From: Planctomycetota bacterium
GTDB taxonomy: Bacteria > Planctomycetota > Phycisphaerae > Phycisphaerales > SM1A02
Direction: 5' to 3'
NCBI GenBank assembly: GCA_902521645.1
Contig: CABYSN010000001.1
Span: 1,605-65,604, forward strand
Length of the DNA: 64,000 bases
Shown here: positions 63,678 through 64,000 of the stretch, piece after piece
Layout of the letters: each line of letters begins with the position of its first letter
How positions within the stretch are numbered: position 1 is the stretch's first letter
Position numbers and translations under genes: made by a program
Notes under the pieces: generated by a model
Database searches by the model: none
What the model was told of the DNA's origin: nothing
The model's input: only the letters and a program-made list of their open reading frames with translations

Positions 63678-64000
63678 CGGTCGGCGGTTCTGACCGCCTC
63701 GCAGAACTCGAGAATCAGTGCGGGATCCTTCAGACCTCTGGTTCGTTCGACCCCACTGGAGACGTCCACGCCCCAGGGCCGGACCTGTCTGACTGCAGCC
63801 TCGACGGTCTCCGGAGTCAGCCCGCCTGCGAGCAGCAGCTGGCTCGACTCCGATCCATGCTTCGCGAGCCGGCCGTGGTCGAATCCCTCTCCGGTGCCAC
63901 CGATGCTGGATCCGTCCACAAGCAGGCGAGCGACATCCGCGCAGGCCTGCCAGCGCTGGATCGCTTCCGGGTTGAAATGAAAGCCTCGAATGATGTTCTT
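63665..64000 (-). CDS. trpF: phosphoribosylanthranilate isomerase, C-terminal part (CDS continues past the window end)
   Basis: ...VDGSSIGGTGEGFDH...LLLAGGLTPETVEAAVRQVRPWGVDVSSGVE is the TrpF C-terminal signature; frame open to nt 64000. Confidence 0.8.
   Translation of the reverse strand, partial: KNIIRGFHFNPEAIQRWQACADVARLLVDGSSIGGTGEGFDHGRLAKHGSESSQLLLAGGLTPETVEAAVRQVRPWGVDVSSGVERTRGLKDPALILEFCEAVRTADRHSE

Noticed and set aside
1-64000. Scan for CRISPR arrays, tRNA/rRNA genes, IS elements, integrases, toxin-antitoxin pairs, reverse transcriptases and known defence-system hallmarks
   Set aside because: I found no direct-repeat/spacer pattern, no cloverleaf-sized conserved RNA in the short intergenic regions, and no transposase, integrase, RT or nuclease-NTPase motifs in any frame. 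The visual scan cannot exclude small ncRNAs.

Overview
High-GC (~60%) bacterial chromosome segment. All calls come from reading the sequence and the ORF track and recalling family motifs; no database or HMM search was run. The gene content points to Planctomycetota, possibly Phycisphaerae (inference): Tat-exported Gfo/Idh/MocA oxidoreductase, FG-GAP/ASPIC (CRTAC1-like) proteins, dockerin-like EF-hand tails, prepilin-type pseudopilins, a DUF1559-like domain, and a mur/ddl/ftsQ cluster with no ftsA/ftsZ after it. About two thirds of the window is housekeeping: kynA, a desaturase, rlmN, an MsbA-like ABC exporter, fdx-iscX, cls, greA, murC-murB-ddl-ftsQ-like, lptF/lptG, rpmI-rplT, hpnH and trpF. 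There is also a flagellar late-gene block: flgI-flgJ-like-flgN-like-flgK-flgL, fliW-csrA and two flagellins. I found no rRNA, tRNA, CRISPR array, transposase, integrase or recognisable defence system. The best candidate for an undescribed system is the 12.6-27.6 kb locus. It holds three CRTAC1-like beta-propeller lipoproteins, a protein fusing a His-rich membrane domain to five CxxCH haem motifs and TPRs, a DUF1111 di-haem enzyme and an FG-GAP/MAM protein. Part of it is translationally coupled to fdx-iscX and a C-N hydrolase. Secondary points: a GIDE-GIDE-LemA fusion; an ABC exporter whose N-terminus is out of frame behind a C10 tract; a near-consensus sigma-54 promoter that re-defines the flgI start; identical CsrA-type 10-mers over both flagellin ribosome-binding sites; an AA10 LPMO with dockerin/TSP3/CBM2 modules; a minor-pseudopilin-only operon; and an ECF anti-sigma factor with a pilin-like sensor domain.
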